Shown: positions 27,617 through 36,643, numbered from the stretch's first letter. The stretch: DNA of 64,000 bases from a virus (IMGVR_UViG_3300005533_000002:13117-77116); one strand, 5' to 3'. Notes: generated by a model not told the origin, from the letters alone. A program made the numbers and translations.

Positions 27617-27676
27617 ATGCCTAACCATGCCTCACCATGCCTTGCCAGGCCGGGCCAGACCGTACCCCGCCAAGCC
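27617..27676 (-). repeat. 12 consecutive GGY-NN pentamers
   Basis: GGCTT GGCGG GGTAC GGTCT GGCCC GGCCT GGCAA GGCAT GGTGA GGCAT GGTTA GGCAT. Confidence 0.9.
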
Positions 27677-27692
27677 AAGATGGACATCGCCA

Positions 27693-28043
27693 TCACTCGA
27701 ATTCGCCCTCTCGGAACGTCACGGTCAAGTGTTTGCAGGCCACACGACGCAGCGACCCCCAAGCCACCGCCGCATGACTCGTCGGATGCACCGAGACGCT
27801 TTGGTCTGAGTACACATTCAGCCACACATCGACCGTTCTTTCCGGTGCAGGCTTCGGGACCAGGTCGTAGGGGTGGTGTCCGTCACCTCCTGAAAAGGCG
27901 CCGTCTTCGTTCCAATCCACATTAAACCAACCGCCGATGGGCGCTTCGGCTTCCCCGATAATCGGAAACACTCCCTTCGCTTTGGTCGTGTAGATCCTGA
28001 AATCGAAGCCCCCGCGCGTCTGGACTTTGTCCGGGTCGATCAT
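27693..28043 (-). CDS. Phage protein with WLNVY...RVAC domain
   Basis: VQTRGG...RIY...PIIG...W..DG...DL...WLNVY. Confidence 0.7.
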   Translation of the reverse strand: MIDPDKVQTRGGFDFRIYTTKAKGVFPIIGEAEAPIGGWFNVDWNEDGAFSGGDGHHPYDLVPKPAPERTVDVWLNVYSDQSVSVHPTSHAAVAWGSLRRVACKHLTVTFREGEFE

Positions 28044-28528
28044 CGGCCCTCCCCTTTTTCTTCCACGATGATACGCGGTGTGCCGCGCGGCTCCTGCTTG
28101 GCGCCGAGTAGTAGGGACCGGAACTCTTGAAAATCTTCGTCGCCACTCTCGTTGACGAGCTTCTTGGTTTCGATGGCACGTGTCCTGAGCCGGTCAATCG
28201 CGAGATATTGTGTGGCCAGATCGGGCCAAGTTGTCCAGATTTCCCTTAGCACCGATTGGTCCCAATGATAGTCTGGCCACTCAACGCGGATGCGAACCCG
28301 ATCACCCCGAAGCCTGGTGGTACGGCAACCGTCCTGCGTCATTGGCGCCCGCCTGGCGATGGCCGCAGCAAGCTGTATACGAGCATTGTGGGCCGCGTCC
28401 TCGACGACCCTCTGCTCTTCGTACAGCTGCACCAACTCGTCAACTGGCATGCTGTCTATCCGGCTCATGTCGATCTGCATCTGCCTGACCACTTCGCCGG
28501 CGTCCGGGTCGATCAACTCGTTTCCCAT
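28040..28528 (-). CDS. Hypothetical protein in recombination module
   Basis: N-terminal coiled coil; RBS; ATGA coupling. Confidence 0.6.
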   Translation of the reverse strand: MGNELIDPDAGEVVRQMQIDMSRIDSMPVDELVQLYEEQRVVEDAAHNARIQLAAAIARRAPMTQDGCRTTRLRGDRVRIRVEWPDYHWDQSVLREIWTTWPDLATQYLAIDRLRTRAIETKKLVNESGDEDFQEFRSLLLGAKQEPRGTPRIIVEEKGEGR

Positions 28529-28731
28529 TGTTCTTCCTCTTCTAGTGGCTCAAAACTTTGAGTTACTGAGTACACTTCCGGAACGGTTCCAAGAACCGCC
28601 TCGGCGCACATCTGGCACAGACGTAGGCCGTTTACTACGTGAGTGGCAGTCTTCGGGCATTGGCCCACCTTGCCGTGCTCGACGGACAGCATCCGGCATC
28701 TGGCGAATCCCTGCGGCGTGTCATTTACCAT
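28513..28731 (-). CDS. Small Zn-binding protein
   Basis: C...C...LCQMC; overlaps both neighbours. Confidence 0.45.
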   Translation of the reverse strand: MVNDTPQGFARCRMLSVEHGKVGQCPKTATHVVNGLRLCQMCAEAVLGTVPEVYSVTQSFEPLEEEEQWETS

Positions 28732-29116
28732 GCCGCGCCCCCTTCCCTGAAGCCTGGTGCCGACGAATCTTTCGGAGCGTTGGCGTCGATGGCTGCCGCA
28801 GCGTTCGCAGGAACATGCGGGCCGCTATGGAACTCTGGAAGACGAGCCGCTGTATAACGCCAAGGTGATCGTCAATCAGCTCAAAGGGGCCGCCCTGTCG
28901 CAGCGCCCGAATCGATCCCTTGGGCAAATTCCGTTGATCAGGTGGAAGAAGATTCCCCTTGGCATCGCGCGGCGGCATGGCCAGCCGCATCAAGACTTCG
29001 ATCTCCTCTTGCCGACAGCAGCCCTCAGACATGTCACGATGGTTGTGGCTGCGTTCGGTGGTGTATGTTTCGGCATAGAACCCTCTGCGGCGGTACTTGG
29101 TTGTGATTTCTTGCAT
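28721..29116 (-). CDS. Hypothetical protein
   Basis: GGAG RBS, ATG 29116. Confidence 0.5.
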   Translation of the reverse strand: MQEITTKYRRRGFYAETYTTERSHNHRDMSEGCCRQEEIEVLMRLAMPPRDAKGNLLPPDQRNLPKGSIRALRQGGPFELIDDHLGVIQRLVFQSSIAARMFLRTLRQPSTPTLRKIRRHQASGKGARHGK

Positions 29117-29241
29117 GGACGATTCTCCGATTAGTGAGAAAACCGGTGCGGCGTGCTGGCGAAGCTCCCGATTCTCCAGCACGCGCTTGCGCGACCCCTG
29201 ACCACAAGTCAGCATCATCGGGACCGCACCGGATGAAAATT

Positions 29242-29325
29242 AAAAAGCTCGCCGCAGGCGCCCAGTTTGAATCTGCCTCTCGCAACGAGCGAGTCCCCGG
29301 AACAGTAGCGGGGAACGGCGAGCCC
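29242..29325 (-). terminator. Multi-branched RNA structure ending in a U-tract
   Basis: Closing stem GCTCGCCG/CGGCGAGC + TTTTT enclosing three hairpins. Confidence 0.55.
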
Positions 29326-29332
29326 GAAGAGG

Positions 29333-30238
29333 TTATTCATCAAGCCGCAGCACCCAAGCCAAGACTTCCATCTCTCGCTTGTCTGCGGCATCCGTCTTGC
29401 TTGTATTCTCAAACTCGCTGACAAGTTGGTCGTATCGCTGGCGAACATCCCTGTACTTGCGAACGCGCCTGCGCTCGACACCGGAGGCGGCGCCTTCCGT
29501 GGCGCCGGCGTTTCCTCCGGCTTCCCCATCACCCTCAACATCATCCCCACCTTTGCGAAGAAGCTCCAGAGCTTTGGACATGGTCAGATTGCCGGAAGCT
29601 ACGGCTTTCTGCTGTTTCGCTGTCAACTCCAGGAGCCGAAGACGGTTCTTGATGGTCTGTTCCGAGCAACCTTCTCGTTCCGCGATTTCTGCCGTGGTAC
29701 TGCCGCCGTTGACGGCCAGCTGGATGGACCCGGCTCGTTCCATCAGGTTCGGCGCTTTGCGGCATGAGTTCTCCGAGATGCTGCGATAGAAGTTCTCGGA
29801 GTTGCAATCCTTGTTGACGCTGGCCTCGATGTATGGCCGACCGGCACCTTTCAGGAAGTTGAACCAGGTTGCCCAGAATCGGCGCTCGCCGGCCACGATA
29901 CTGAACGTCTCGCCGCCACGGTTTTCGCGAAGGACAATCGGGTTGATTGGGCCATTGGCCAAAATCTGGTGCGCCAGTGTTCGGATGCCATCCTCGCCTG
30001 ACTCGTACTGCCCAATCAGCTCCAGGAAGAGAGCGTGGTCCGCCTCGTCTCCCGTAACCAACTCGTAAAGAGTCTTGGCGTCTGTGTCTGGATCGGCAAT
30101 CCGGGTGGCGCGCCCGGCGGCCTGCATTTCAGCAGAAAGTGGGTTGCGGCTGTTGTCCGAGTGTGTGATGACTTCCAAGGGCACCCGCCACAGTTTGCGC
30201 TGCGATTCGCTTCGGGAAGTCGATTGGGCCCTCGCCAT
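29333..30238 (-). CDS. ParB/Spo0J-like protein
   Basis: GPINPIVL, IVAGERRFWA, SENSCRK, HTH TAEIAEREGCSEQTIKNRLRLL. Confidence 0.85.
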   Translation of the reverse strand: MARAQSTSRSESQRKLWRVPLEVITHSDNSRNPLSAEMQAAGRATRIADPDTDAKTLYELVTGDEADHALFLELIGQYESGEDGIRTLAHQILANGPINPIVLRENRGGETFSIVAGERRFWATWFNFLKGAGRPYIEASVNKDCNSENFYRSISENSCRKAPNLMERAGSIQLAVNGGSTTAEIAEREGCSEQTIKNRLRLLELTAKQQKAVASGNLTMSKALELLRKGGDDVEGDGEAGGNAGATEGAASGVERRRVRKYRDVRQRYDQLVSEFENTSKTDAADKREMEVLAWVLRLDE

Positions 30239-30249
30239 TGGTGAATCTC

Positions 30250-30495
30250 CTATCTGGTGGCCACCATTTCCTTGCTGGCTCGGTGGTAGTTCACGTAGTT
30301 CACCAATACCCATTCAATGATTTCAGCCCGCTCCTCTCGGGTCATGGTCTGCATGGACAGCTCGTAGCGTTGCAGGTTGTAAACCTGCACCTGGCAGCCG
30401 TAGATGCTGCGAATCGCCGCGATGACATTGTTGATTTGCCAACTATTCCCGAGCCGGCGAAGTGCCGCAACCACGGTGACGATGCGATGGCTCAT
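30250..30495 (-). CDS. Hypothetical protein, first gene of leftward early operon
   Basis: AAGGAG RBS, downstream of promoter at 30540-30568. Confidence 0.55.
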   Translation of the reverse strand: MSHRIVTVVAALRRLGNSWQINNVIAAIRSIYGCQVQVYNLQRYELSMQTMTREERAEIIEWVLVNYVNYHRASKEMVATR

Positions 30496-30517
30496 GGCTT
30501 TCTCTCCTTGTTATGTT

Positions 30518-30582
30518 TGACTCGACTACCGACACTTTCATACTAGGCTACCAGTAACAGGTAGTCAAGAGCTACTGGTAGT
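30518..30582. promoter_or_regulatory. Overlapping opposed sigma70-like promoters with CTAC-NN-GTAG operator-like sites
   Basis: Minus TTGACT-17-TAGTAT (30568-30540); plus TTGACT-16-CATACT from 30518; CTACCAGTAA at 30548 and CTACTGGTAG at 30572. Confidence 0.55.
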
Positions 30583-30665
30583 GAACATTTGATTTTGCTT
30601 CGTATACCAATCCGTGCTAGGATGAACGCATTGCTTCGTGTGTACAGAAAAGGGGAGAAACGCAG

Positions 30666-30854
30666 ATGAAGAAGCGTGACAACGAAGGCCAGAAGACCTC
30701 GACTGTGCGCGTCCGACTCGACATTCTCAATAAGGCGCGCACGGTAGCCATCTGGCGCGGCATGGAAATTTCGGAGTATGTGGACTGCATCTTGCGCCCC
30801 GTGGTCGAAAAGGAATTTGGCGAGTGGGTACACGCCGCCGCCAAGAAGTCATGA
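30666..30854 (+). CDS. Ribbon-helix-helix regulator (candidate repressor)
   Basis: TSTVRVRLDILNKARTVA..RGMEISEYVDCILR; GGGGAG RBS; divergent position. Confidence 0.7.
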   Translation: MKKRDNEGQKTSTVRVRLDILNKARTVAIWRGMEISEYVDCILRPVVEKEFGEWVHAAAKKS

Positions 30855-31040
30855 ATCCAGGAAGAAGACCGCGTGTTCGGTAACGAATGCTTCGCCGGCC
30901 TCAAGGTCTGCGATGATATTCTCTTCGTTTTCGTCGCAACCATTGGCCCGGAGATTGGCTACAGCGGCTTCCATGTCCATATAGTTCTTCGTACCGTCGC
31001 GTTTCCACTGCCTGGTAATTTTGATCTTGGCCAGTCCCAT
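30849..31040 (-). CDS. Small hypothetical protein
   Basis: ATG 31040 directly after Xis-like gene. Confidence 0.45.
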   Translation of the reverse strand: MGLAKIKITRQWKRDGTKNYMDMEAAVANLRANGCDENEENIIADLEAGEAFVTEHAVFFLDS

Positions 31041-31041
31041 G

Positions 31042-31263
31042 CTACGCACTCTCCACCAAACAGCCCGTGAGCCGCTCGGCGATATGGCTTGTTCCCAAAA
31101 ATGCCTGAACGTCGTCCAGGCGATACCATTCCTTGTTCGCATAGGGTCGGTAGGCCGGAATAAAGCCACGGCTGGACCAGATATCAACCTGCTGGACGGC
31201 GGTTCCGGCGGCTCGGGCAAACTCAAACCTGTCGATATGCACTACGCCCGCGATCCTCTTCAT
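31042..31263 (-). CDS. MerR-type HTH, excisionase-like
   Basis: EFARAAGTAVQQVDIWSSRGFIPAYR....WYRLDDVQAFL. Confidence 0.65.
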   Translation of the reverse strand: MKRIAGVVHIDRFEFARAAGTAVQQVDIWSSRGFIPAYRPYANKEWYRLDDVQAFLGTSHIAERLTGCLVESA

Positions 31264-31322
31264 CTCTTCCGCTCCCTTGGGGAGTTGACTAAGAGAATCC
31301 TACGGTGCGTAGACTAGTAGCA

Positions 31323-31766
31323 TCAATGCGAAGTTGCAAAGCTACTAGTATCACTGCCATTCCATTGGACCAAACCGTAGCCGCGCGGTTCCACGTCCTG
31401 GCGATTGTCGATGATTCCCAGCGCGATGAGATGCTTCAGGTATCTCTTGATGGTCTGCGGGTGTGGCCGGCGGCCGCGTTCTGATAGAGCCAGCACAAGC
31501 GGCTTGAACGTGACACGATGGTTGATTTCCTGAAGGGTTTCGACGATGGCCCGATCGTAGACAGAAGTGGCTGTCGAGCCATTCGCCGAATTGGGTTGTT
31601 GGCGGATCTGCTTGCCGATGGCGAAGTGCTGGCTCATTTCGGAGATGCTGCGCTTCATGCGTTTCAGTTCAGAAATGCTCTCTAGTAGAGCATTTTCGAG
31701 CCGTTCAATCGTGCGAACGATGTCCACTTCCGGCGAAGTGGCAGTGGTAGCGATACTGGGCTGCAT
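31323..31766 (-). CDS. Hypothetical protein with C-terminal winged helix
   Basis: AGGAG RBS; TIKRYLKHLIALGIIDN...GYGL. Confidence 0.6.
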   Translation of the reverse strand: MQPSIATTATSPEVDIVRTIERLENALLESISELKRMKRSISEMSQHFAIGKQIRQQPNSANGSTATSVYDRAIVETLQEINHRVTFKPLVLALSERGRRPHPQTIKRYLKHLIALGIIDNRQDVEPRGYGLVQWNGSDTSSFATSH

Positions 31767-31864
31767 TCTCTGCTCCTGGTGGAAACCGCATTGTTGTGGG
31801 GAGCTTCTCTGATGATGTATCCGAATTCTATCTCGTTTTGGTCATATCGACAAGGAGAAGTACG

Positions 31865-32071
31865 CTACTGGTTTGCATCTTTTGCGCCCGGTGGCTGAAC
31901 GCCCCGAGCCCGGCGGGCGCGCTCTTCGATGGCGGGAAGAAATTCAACAATCAGTAGCCGCAGCAACGTAGATACATCCACGGTGAGCATGTTTGCGCAA
32001 TCTTCGAGCCGATCGGCCAAGTCAAGTGGAATCCGAAAACCCATTTGCCGGTTGCCGCTTTTCTTCTTCAT
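31865..32071 (-). CDS. Ribbon-helix-helix regulator
   Basis: MGFRIPLDLADRLEDCA......VSTLLRLLI. Confidence 0.7.
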   Translation of the reverse strand: MKKKSGNRQMGFRIPLDLADRLEDCANMLTVDVSTLLRLLIVEFLPAIEERARRARGVQPPGAKDANQ

Positions 32072-32292
32072 GCGGCACACCGTAACGTCACGGAGGGAAC
32101 CCGTCCAGGGCTTCTGGCGGGCCGTCAAACAGCACCAAGCTGCATGACGACAAAAGGATAGCTTATGTTTTGCACCGCAAACCAAGTGTCCAACATTGTT
32201 CCGAACACCAGCACATCAATATATGTCAGCTGAACAGAATAATTTGCAAAAAGTAAGTATCACGGGCTGGTGCGCACATCAAAAAAAGGATA

Positions 32293-32634
32293 ATGAAGGT
32301 GGCACAAAAAACTCGGCACAGAGGAATGAACATGTCTGAAGTTGTTTATAGGTGGTGGTATCTGGTGGCCACAGAGTTGGGGATTGAAGTGCTGCCCGAC
32401 TACGAGGAGGGGGCTTTCCGTGGGGGTCTCGTTTTTGATCCCGGCATCGATGCCGACGACGCAAAACTACCGCTGTACATTCGCGTCGGCCTCAAGGGAC
32501 GCAGAGTATTCTCCATCCAGGAAATGAAGGCTTGGGGCGCGAGGGTCTACGTCCCCGGATCAGAGTTACCGGAATGGCTCGTTTTTGCAACGCAAGAAGA
32601 AGCCATCGGTTATATCAGAAAGCATCCTGCCTAA
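32293..32634 (+). CDS. Hypothetical protein
   Basis: Divergent ORF; likely start 32326 or 32332 after GAGGA. Confidence 0.5.
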   Translation: MKVAQKTRHRGMNMSEVVYRWWYLVATELGIEVLPDYEEGAFRGGLVFDPGIDADDAKLPLYIRVGLKGRRVFSIQEMKAWGARVYVPGSELPEWLVFATQEEAIGYIRKHPA

Positions 32635-34031
32635 GCTTCCAACTCTTTGGGCTGTTTTGCTGCACGCACAGACGCCAGTCGGTCGATGGCCAGTTGGGCG
32701 AGACGTGGGGATTGTTCGATGCCAAGGTAGCGGCGCCCGCCCAGCTCCAGGCAGACAACGCCAGCGGTTGCGGCCCCGGCGAAAAGCTCCACAACCATAT
32801 CGCCTGGCTCCGAGTGCGCTTCGACGATGGGACGCGCCAGGGCGAGGGGCATTTGTTGCGGAAAATCAAGGATGCGTTCGGCCGAGTTGTCCGCCAGTAG
32901 GCGGATTTCCTGGTCGATACCCCAAACGTCGTTCCAGATTTTTCCGGTTTCCAGGGTGAATGGCGCCGGGTTGAACACGAAGCGCTTGTTATTCACGCGA
33001 CAGCGCAGCACCGCCAAGTAGCTGTCGCTGAAGTCGCCACCGCGCGGCTTGCCGTAGGTGTAGTACCACGGGAAGAGTCGCGTTGTCATGCCGATGCGGT
33101 CTGCGATGGTACGGAAACGATGCTCGATAGCCGGATCACACACAATCCACATGGACCCGTCTGGCGTCAAACAGCGGAATGATTCCCCCATCCACTGTTC
33201 GGCCCATTGCCAGCGGCCGGGATCTTTTGGCGGACTGCCGTATTGTGTGAATGGCGGTTCGGTGATGACAAGACGAACCGTAGCCTTCTCAAGGCTATTG
33301 AGGGCCTGAATTACGTCCGAAACTTCGATCTTGTAGGATGGTTTGCCCTTGGTCCGCACCACTTCCTTGGCAGCCTTTCGGAGCTGGGCTTTCTTCTGTT
33401 TGCGCCTCATGAGTTTTTTGGCGTCGGTGATCGCCATTTCGCCGTCAAGCACAGACTGGAACAGCCGCTCACTGTACTGCTTGATTCGCTTCACATCGTG
33501 GACGTACTGGCGATTAGTGCCGGCGATGCGTGCCGCCTGCTCGGCTGCCGCCCCAGCGGCCTTGGCTTCTTTTCCTTCCACCAAAACCGGTTCTTCTGAC
33601 TCGGCGCCCTGTTGACCATCCGGCGCTTCCACTCGTGCCTTCGGCTTGGGCTGGCCACGAAGCTTCAAATTCGCCCTACCAGCAGCTTCTTGACGCGCCT
33701 TGGCCTCTTTGGCCAACTCGGGCTCGATAAGCAGGGCGAGAGCGGCCTTCTGGGCACTGCTAAGATGCCGGCGCGGCAGGTTCCATGAGACGACGGCCCC
33801 TACGACGGACTGCGCCGGTTCTGGCCGCCATTCCTCTACGATCGGCTCTCGGCCCAGTTCCTCGCAGACCCGATAGCGCGTCCAGCCGTCGATTACTTTT
33901 CCCTCGTACAGTCTGATCGGCTCAAGCTGCCCCTTGGCAGAAATGTCCGCCTTGAGAGACTCGTAATCCTGCTCGTTGGCCGGTGGGATAAATTTGGCAA
34001 CGGGGTGCTGCTGGTATTTTGGAGACGCCAT
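32631..34031 (-). CDS. ParB-N domain fused to degenerate beta-class DNA methyltransferase
   Basis: GQLEPI...IDGWTRY...WNLPRRHL; ITEPPF in place of (D/S)PPY; ELFAGAAT in place of DPFxGSGT. Confidence 0.8.
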   Translation of the reverse strand: MASPKYQQHPVAKFIPPANEQDYESLKADISAKGQLEPIRLYEGKVIDGWTRYRVCEELGREPIVEEWRPEPAQSVVGAVVSWNLPRRHLSSAQKAALALLIEPELAKEAKARQEAAGRANLKLRGQPKPKARVEAPDGQQGAESEEPVLVEGKEAKAAGAAAEQAARIAGTNRQYVHDVKRIKQYSERLFQSVLDGEMAITDAKKLMRRKQKKAQLRKAAKEVVRTKGKPSYKIEVSDVIQALNSLEKATVRLVITEPPFTQYGSPPKDPGRWQWAEQWMGESFRCLTPDGSMWIVCDPAIEHRFRTIADRIGMTTRLFPWYYTYGKPRGGDFSDSYLAVLRCRVNNKRFVFNPAPFTLETGKIWNDVWGIDQEIRLLADNSAERILDFPQQMPLALARPIVEAHSEPGDMVVELFAGAATAGVVCLELGGRRYLGIEQSPRLAQLAIDRLASVRAAKQPKELEA

Positions 34032-34131
34032 CAAACCTTACCTCTGTCTTTGGACTCAAGGGCGCTGGTACGGTAAACTATAGAGGTTGCTACCGGTTTA
34101 TGCTACTGGTTCTTGTGGGGTATTTGCAGCG

Positions 34132-35217
34132 ATGGCCAGCATCTGGCGTCCCATCTACACCGCTTCTGACGGCACAAGGCGACGTAGCCCAGTGTGGCGT
34201 ATCGCGTATTTCGACGAGAACGGCGAACGGCACCAGATAGCAGGATTCCGGTCGAAGTCAGAAACTCTTGAACTGGCGAACAAAATCGAGCAAGATATTA
34301 AGCGGGCCAAGCATGGCCTGCCGGCGGCAGCCAACGCCAACCTGCTCAAAACGGTGGATGAGGCCATCGAAGAGTATCTCGGCGAGCTGAAGCGTCTGGG
34401 ACGGTCTAAATCACACTTAGCCAACGAACGCGGCTTTCTCGCCCGGCTGGCTTTCGCCTGCAACTGGAACGTACTGGGAAACCTACGTGAGAGCCATTTG
34501 CTGGCGTACCTGGCGAAGCTGCACGATGAGGGCAAATCCCCCCGGACCCAGAATGCCTACCGGGACGCTGCATCGGCATTCGCGGGGTTCCTTGTGCGCA
34601 GGAAATGGCTGCCAGAGAATATGTTTCGTGCTGTGCCGAAGGCGAAACTAGCCGGGCGTAGACCCCGGCAGCGACGTGCCTTCACGCAGGAAGAGTTCAG
34701 TAAACTAGCCGCTGTGCATCCGCAACGCGGCCCGGTGTACCAGGTTGCTGGATTGTCCGGGCTGCGGCGTGAAGAGCTAACGCTGCTGGAGTGCCAGGAT
34801 TTTGTTCTCGGCGACTCGCCGCAGTGGCGCGTCCGTGGGGAAATCACGAAGGGGAAGCGTTATGAGATAGTGCCGATGCTGCCCGAGTGCGCAGAGATAC
34901 TGGCGCGAATCTGCGCCGGCAAGGCCGCGACGGATCGGGTTTTCGCCAGCGTACCCATCCCGCGAACCTTTAACCTGGATTTGACTCGGGCCGGCATCAA
35001 GAAGAGAGACGAACGCGGACGGCAGGCCGATTTCCACGGGCTGCGGTACTTCTTCTGCACGTTGGCGGGGCGAAAGCTGGCGATTCAAGTTGTGCGGGCT
35101 CTGATGCGCCATCGTGATATCCGCACTACCTGCAATCTCTACATGGACCTTGGAATTGAAGACGTGGCACAGGCAGCTTGGAAGCTACCCAGGCTACTGG
35201 TATACGGTTGTGATTAA
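34132..35217 (+). CDS. int: Tyrosine recombinase / phage integrase
   Basis: GLRREE (R), TKGK (K), FHGLR (HxxR), MRH, TCNLY (Y); N-terminal arm-binding segment. Confidence 0.93.
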   Translation: MASIWRPIYTASDGTRRRSPVWRIAYFDENGERHQIAGFRSKSETLELANKIEQDIKRAKHGLPAAANANLLKTVDEAIEEYLGELKRLGRSKSHLANERGFLARLAFACNWNVLGNLRESHLLAYLAKLHDEGKSPRTQNAYRDAASAFAGFLVRRKWLPENMFRAVPKAKLAGRRPRQRRAFTQEEFSKLAAVHPQRGPVYQVAGLSGLRREELTLLECQDFVLGDSPQWRVRGEITKGKRYEIVPMLPECAEILARICAGKAATDRVFASVPIPRTFNLDLTRAGIKKRDERGRQADFHGLRYFFCTLAGRKLAIQVVRALMRHRDIRTTCNLYMDLGIEDVAQAAWKLPRLLVYGCD

Positions 35218-35224
35218 GTATACT

Positions 35225-35474
<250 letters not shown>

Positions 35475-35532
35475 GGGCGGTAGCTGCGCCTGGTAGCGAA
35501 AGATCGATTTGTAATTCTAGATGTAACTCGTA

Positions 35533-35561
35533 TTGACTTACAAGTGGCGGTAGTCTAGGAT
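35533..35561 (+). promoter_or_regulatory. Sigma70-like promoter of rightward early operon
   Basis: TTGACT-17-TAGGAT. Confidence 0.6.
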
Positions 35562-35610
35562 AGAGTGTGTGTGGAAGAGGAGTCAAAAGTAACACAACGG
35601 AGACTCAAAA

Positions 35611-35814
35611 ATGGAATCAGAAATCAAACTTGTTACGATTCTCGATACAGAAGAGACGGCAGAGCCTTTTGCCGAGGTCCACCTGATTGGCAAGGAACAC
35701 GAGATTTACTGCGGCCCAGTGCATAGATGGGCTGGCAGATTGTGGATTAGTTACAAAAACGAGCCCCTGGAAGTGGCTTGGCTTCATGGGAACCAATACG
35801 AGGAACGTAATTAA
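35611..35814 (+). CDS. Small hypothetical protein
   Basis: GGAG RBS, ATG. Confidence 0.55.
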   Translation: MESEIKLVTILDTEETAEPFAEVHLIGKEHEIYCGPVHRWAGRLWISYKNEPLEVAWLHGNQYEERN

Positions 35815-35844
35815 CCGATCTGATAGAAATTTTGAGGATCACAA

Positions 35845-36030
35845 ATGCCTACCAAGTCAAACGCGCCGCGAACCCCCGAAAACCTGTCTCGGGACAAACA
35901 GTATGCAGCGATGGACTTTCGCCTGTTCTGTGCATCTCGGCTCGCACGTCGGCCCCGCCGTGAGTGCGGTTACGACCGGAAGCGAGTCGGAACTTCCCAC
36001 TGCCCGTATTGCGGCAAGGACCCAAGGTGA
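35845..36030 (+). CDS. Small protein with C-terminal CPYCG
   Basis: GAGGA RBS. Confidence 0.45.
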   Translation: MPTKSNAPRTPENLSRDKQYAAMDFRLFCASRLARRPRRECGYDRKRVGTSHCPYCGKDPR

Positions 36031-36056
36031 AACCTGTGATTGAAAGGAAAAGAGCG

Positions 36057-36347
36057 ATGGCAGCACGCAAGAAGAAAGTCGAAAAGGCAATGAGATTGCC
36101 GTCTGAGGAGCTGAGGGAACTAGTTGAGCTAGCTAAGACTCTCAACGTATCAGAGGATACGTTCGAGGGCGAGATTGAGGATTGTGCCAATGATGACGCG
36201 AAAATGATGGCCGAAGAAATCAACGGCGGCACTTGGTACACGAAGCTTGAGTTCCTCTTTTCTCACGGCTTCCGTATGGAAAGACTGCGGGGGCTTTTGC
36301 AAGAGAACGCCCCGAAGCAGGGCGGGCAAGGAGAAGAGAAGCAATGA
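36057..36347 (+). CDS. Acidic hypothetical protein
   Basis: ATG 36057; ATGA overlap with next gene. Confidence 0.55.
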   Translation: MAARKKKVEKAMRLPSEELRELVELAKTLNVSEDTFEGEIEDCANDDAKMMAEEINGGTWYTKLEFLFSHGFRMERLRGLLQENAPKQGGQGEEKQ

Positions 36348-36643
36348 CGCCAACTTTGAAAAACTTCCGCCAAGCCAAGAAACGTTACTCGGACATGCTC
36401 GTCCTCATGCTTGTGGACGATTTCTGTGAAACGTTTGACGAAGACGCCCGAACGGTTTCTCGGGAACTTGGCCTATCCGTCATTGCAAGGGACGGGGTGG
36501 ATGCGACGGTTGGCTTTCCCCAACGAAACCTAGAAACATACCTGGGGAAACTTTTGAAGGCCGGCCATCGCGTAGCCGTGTGCGAACCGGTCACAAAAAC
36601 CAAGATTCCCAAAAATAAAATCACTCGGCAGGTGATCGAATGA
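36344..36643 (+). CDS. Stand-alone MutS domain I (mismatch-binding) protein
   Basis: MTP....RQAK..Y.D.LVL..VDDFCETFDEDA..VSRELGL...GFP...LETYL.KLL.AGHRVAVCE matches the MutS N-terminus. Confidence 0.88.
   Translation: MTPTLKNFRQAKKRYSDMLVLMLVDDFCETFDEDARTVSRELGLSVIARDGVDATVGFPQRNLETYLGKLLKAGHRVAVCEPVTKTKIPKNKITRQVIE

Noticed and set aside
27592-27693. 33-aa peptide MAMSILAWRG... as the explanation of the pentamer tract
   Set aside because: Strict 5-nt GGY phasing is independent of codons; translation is not excluded but does not explain the pattern
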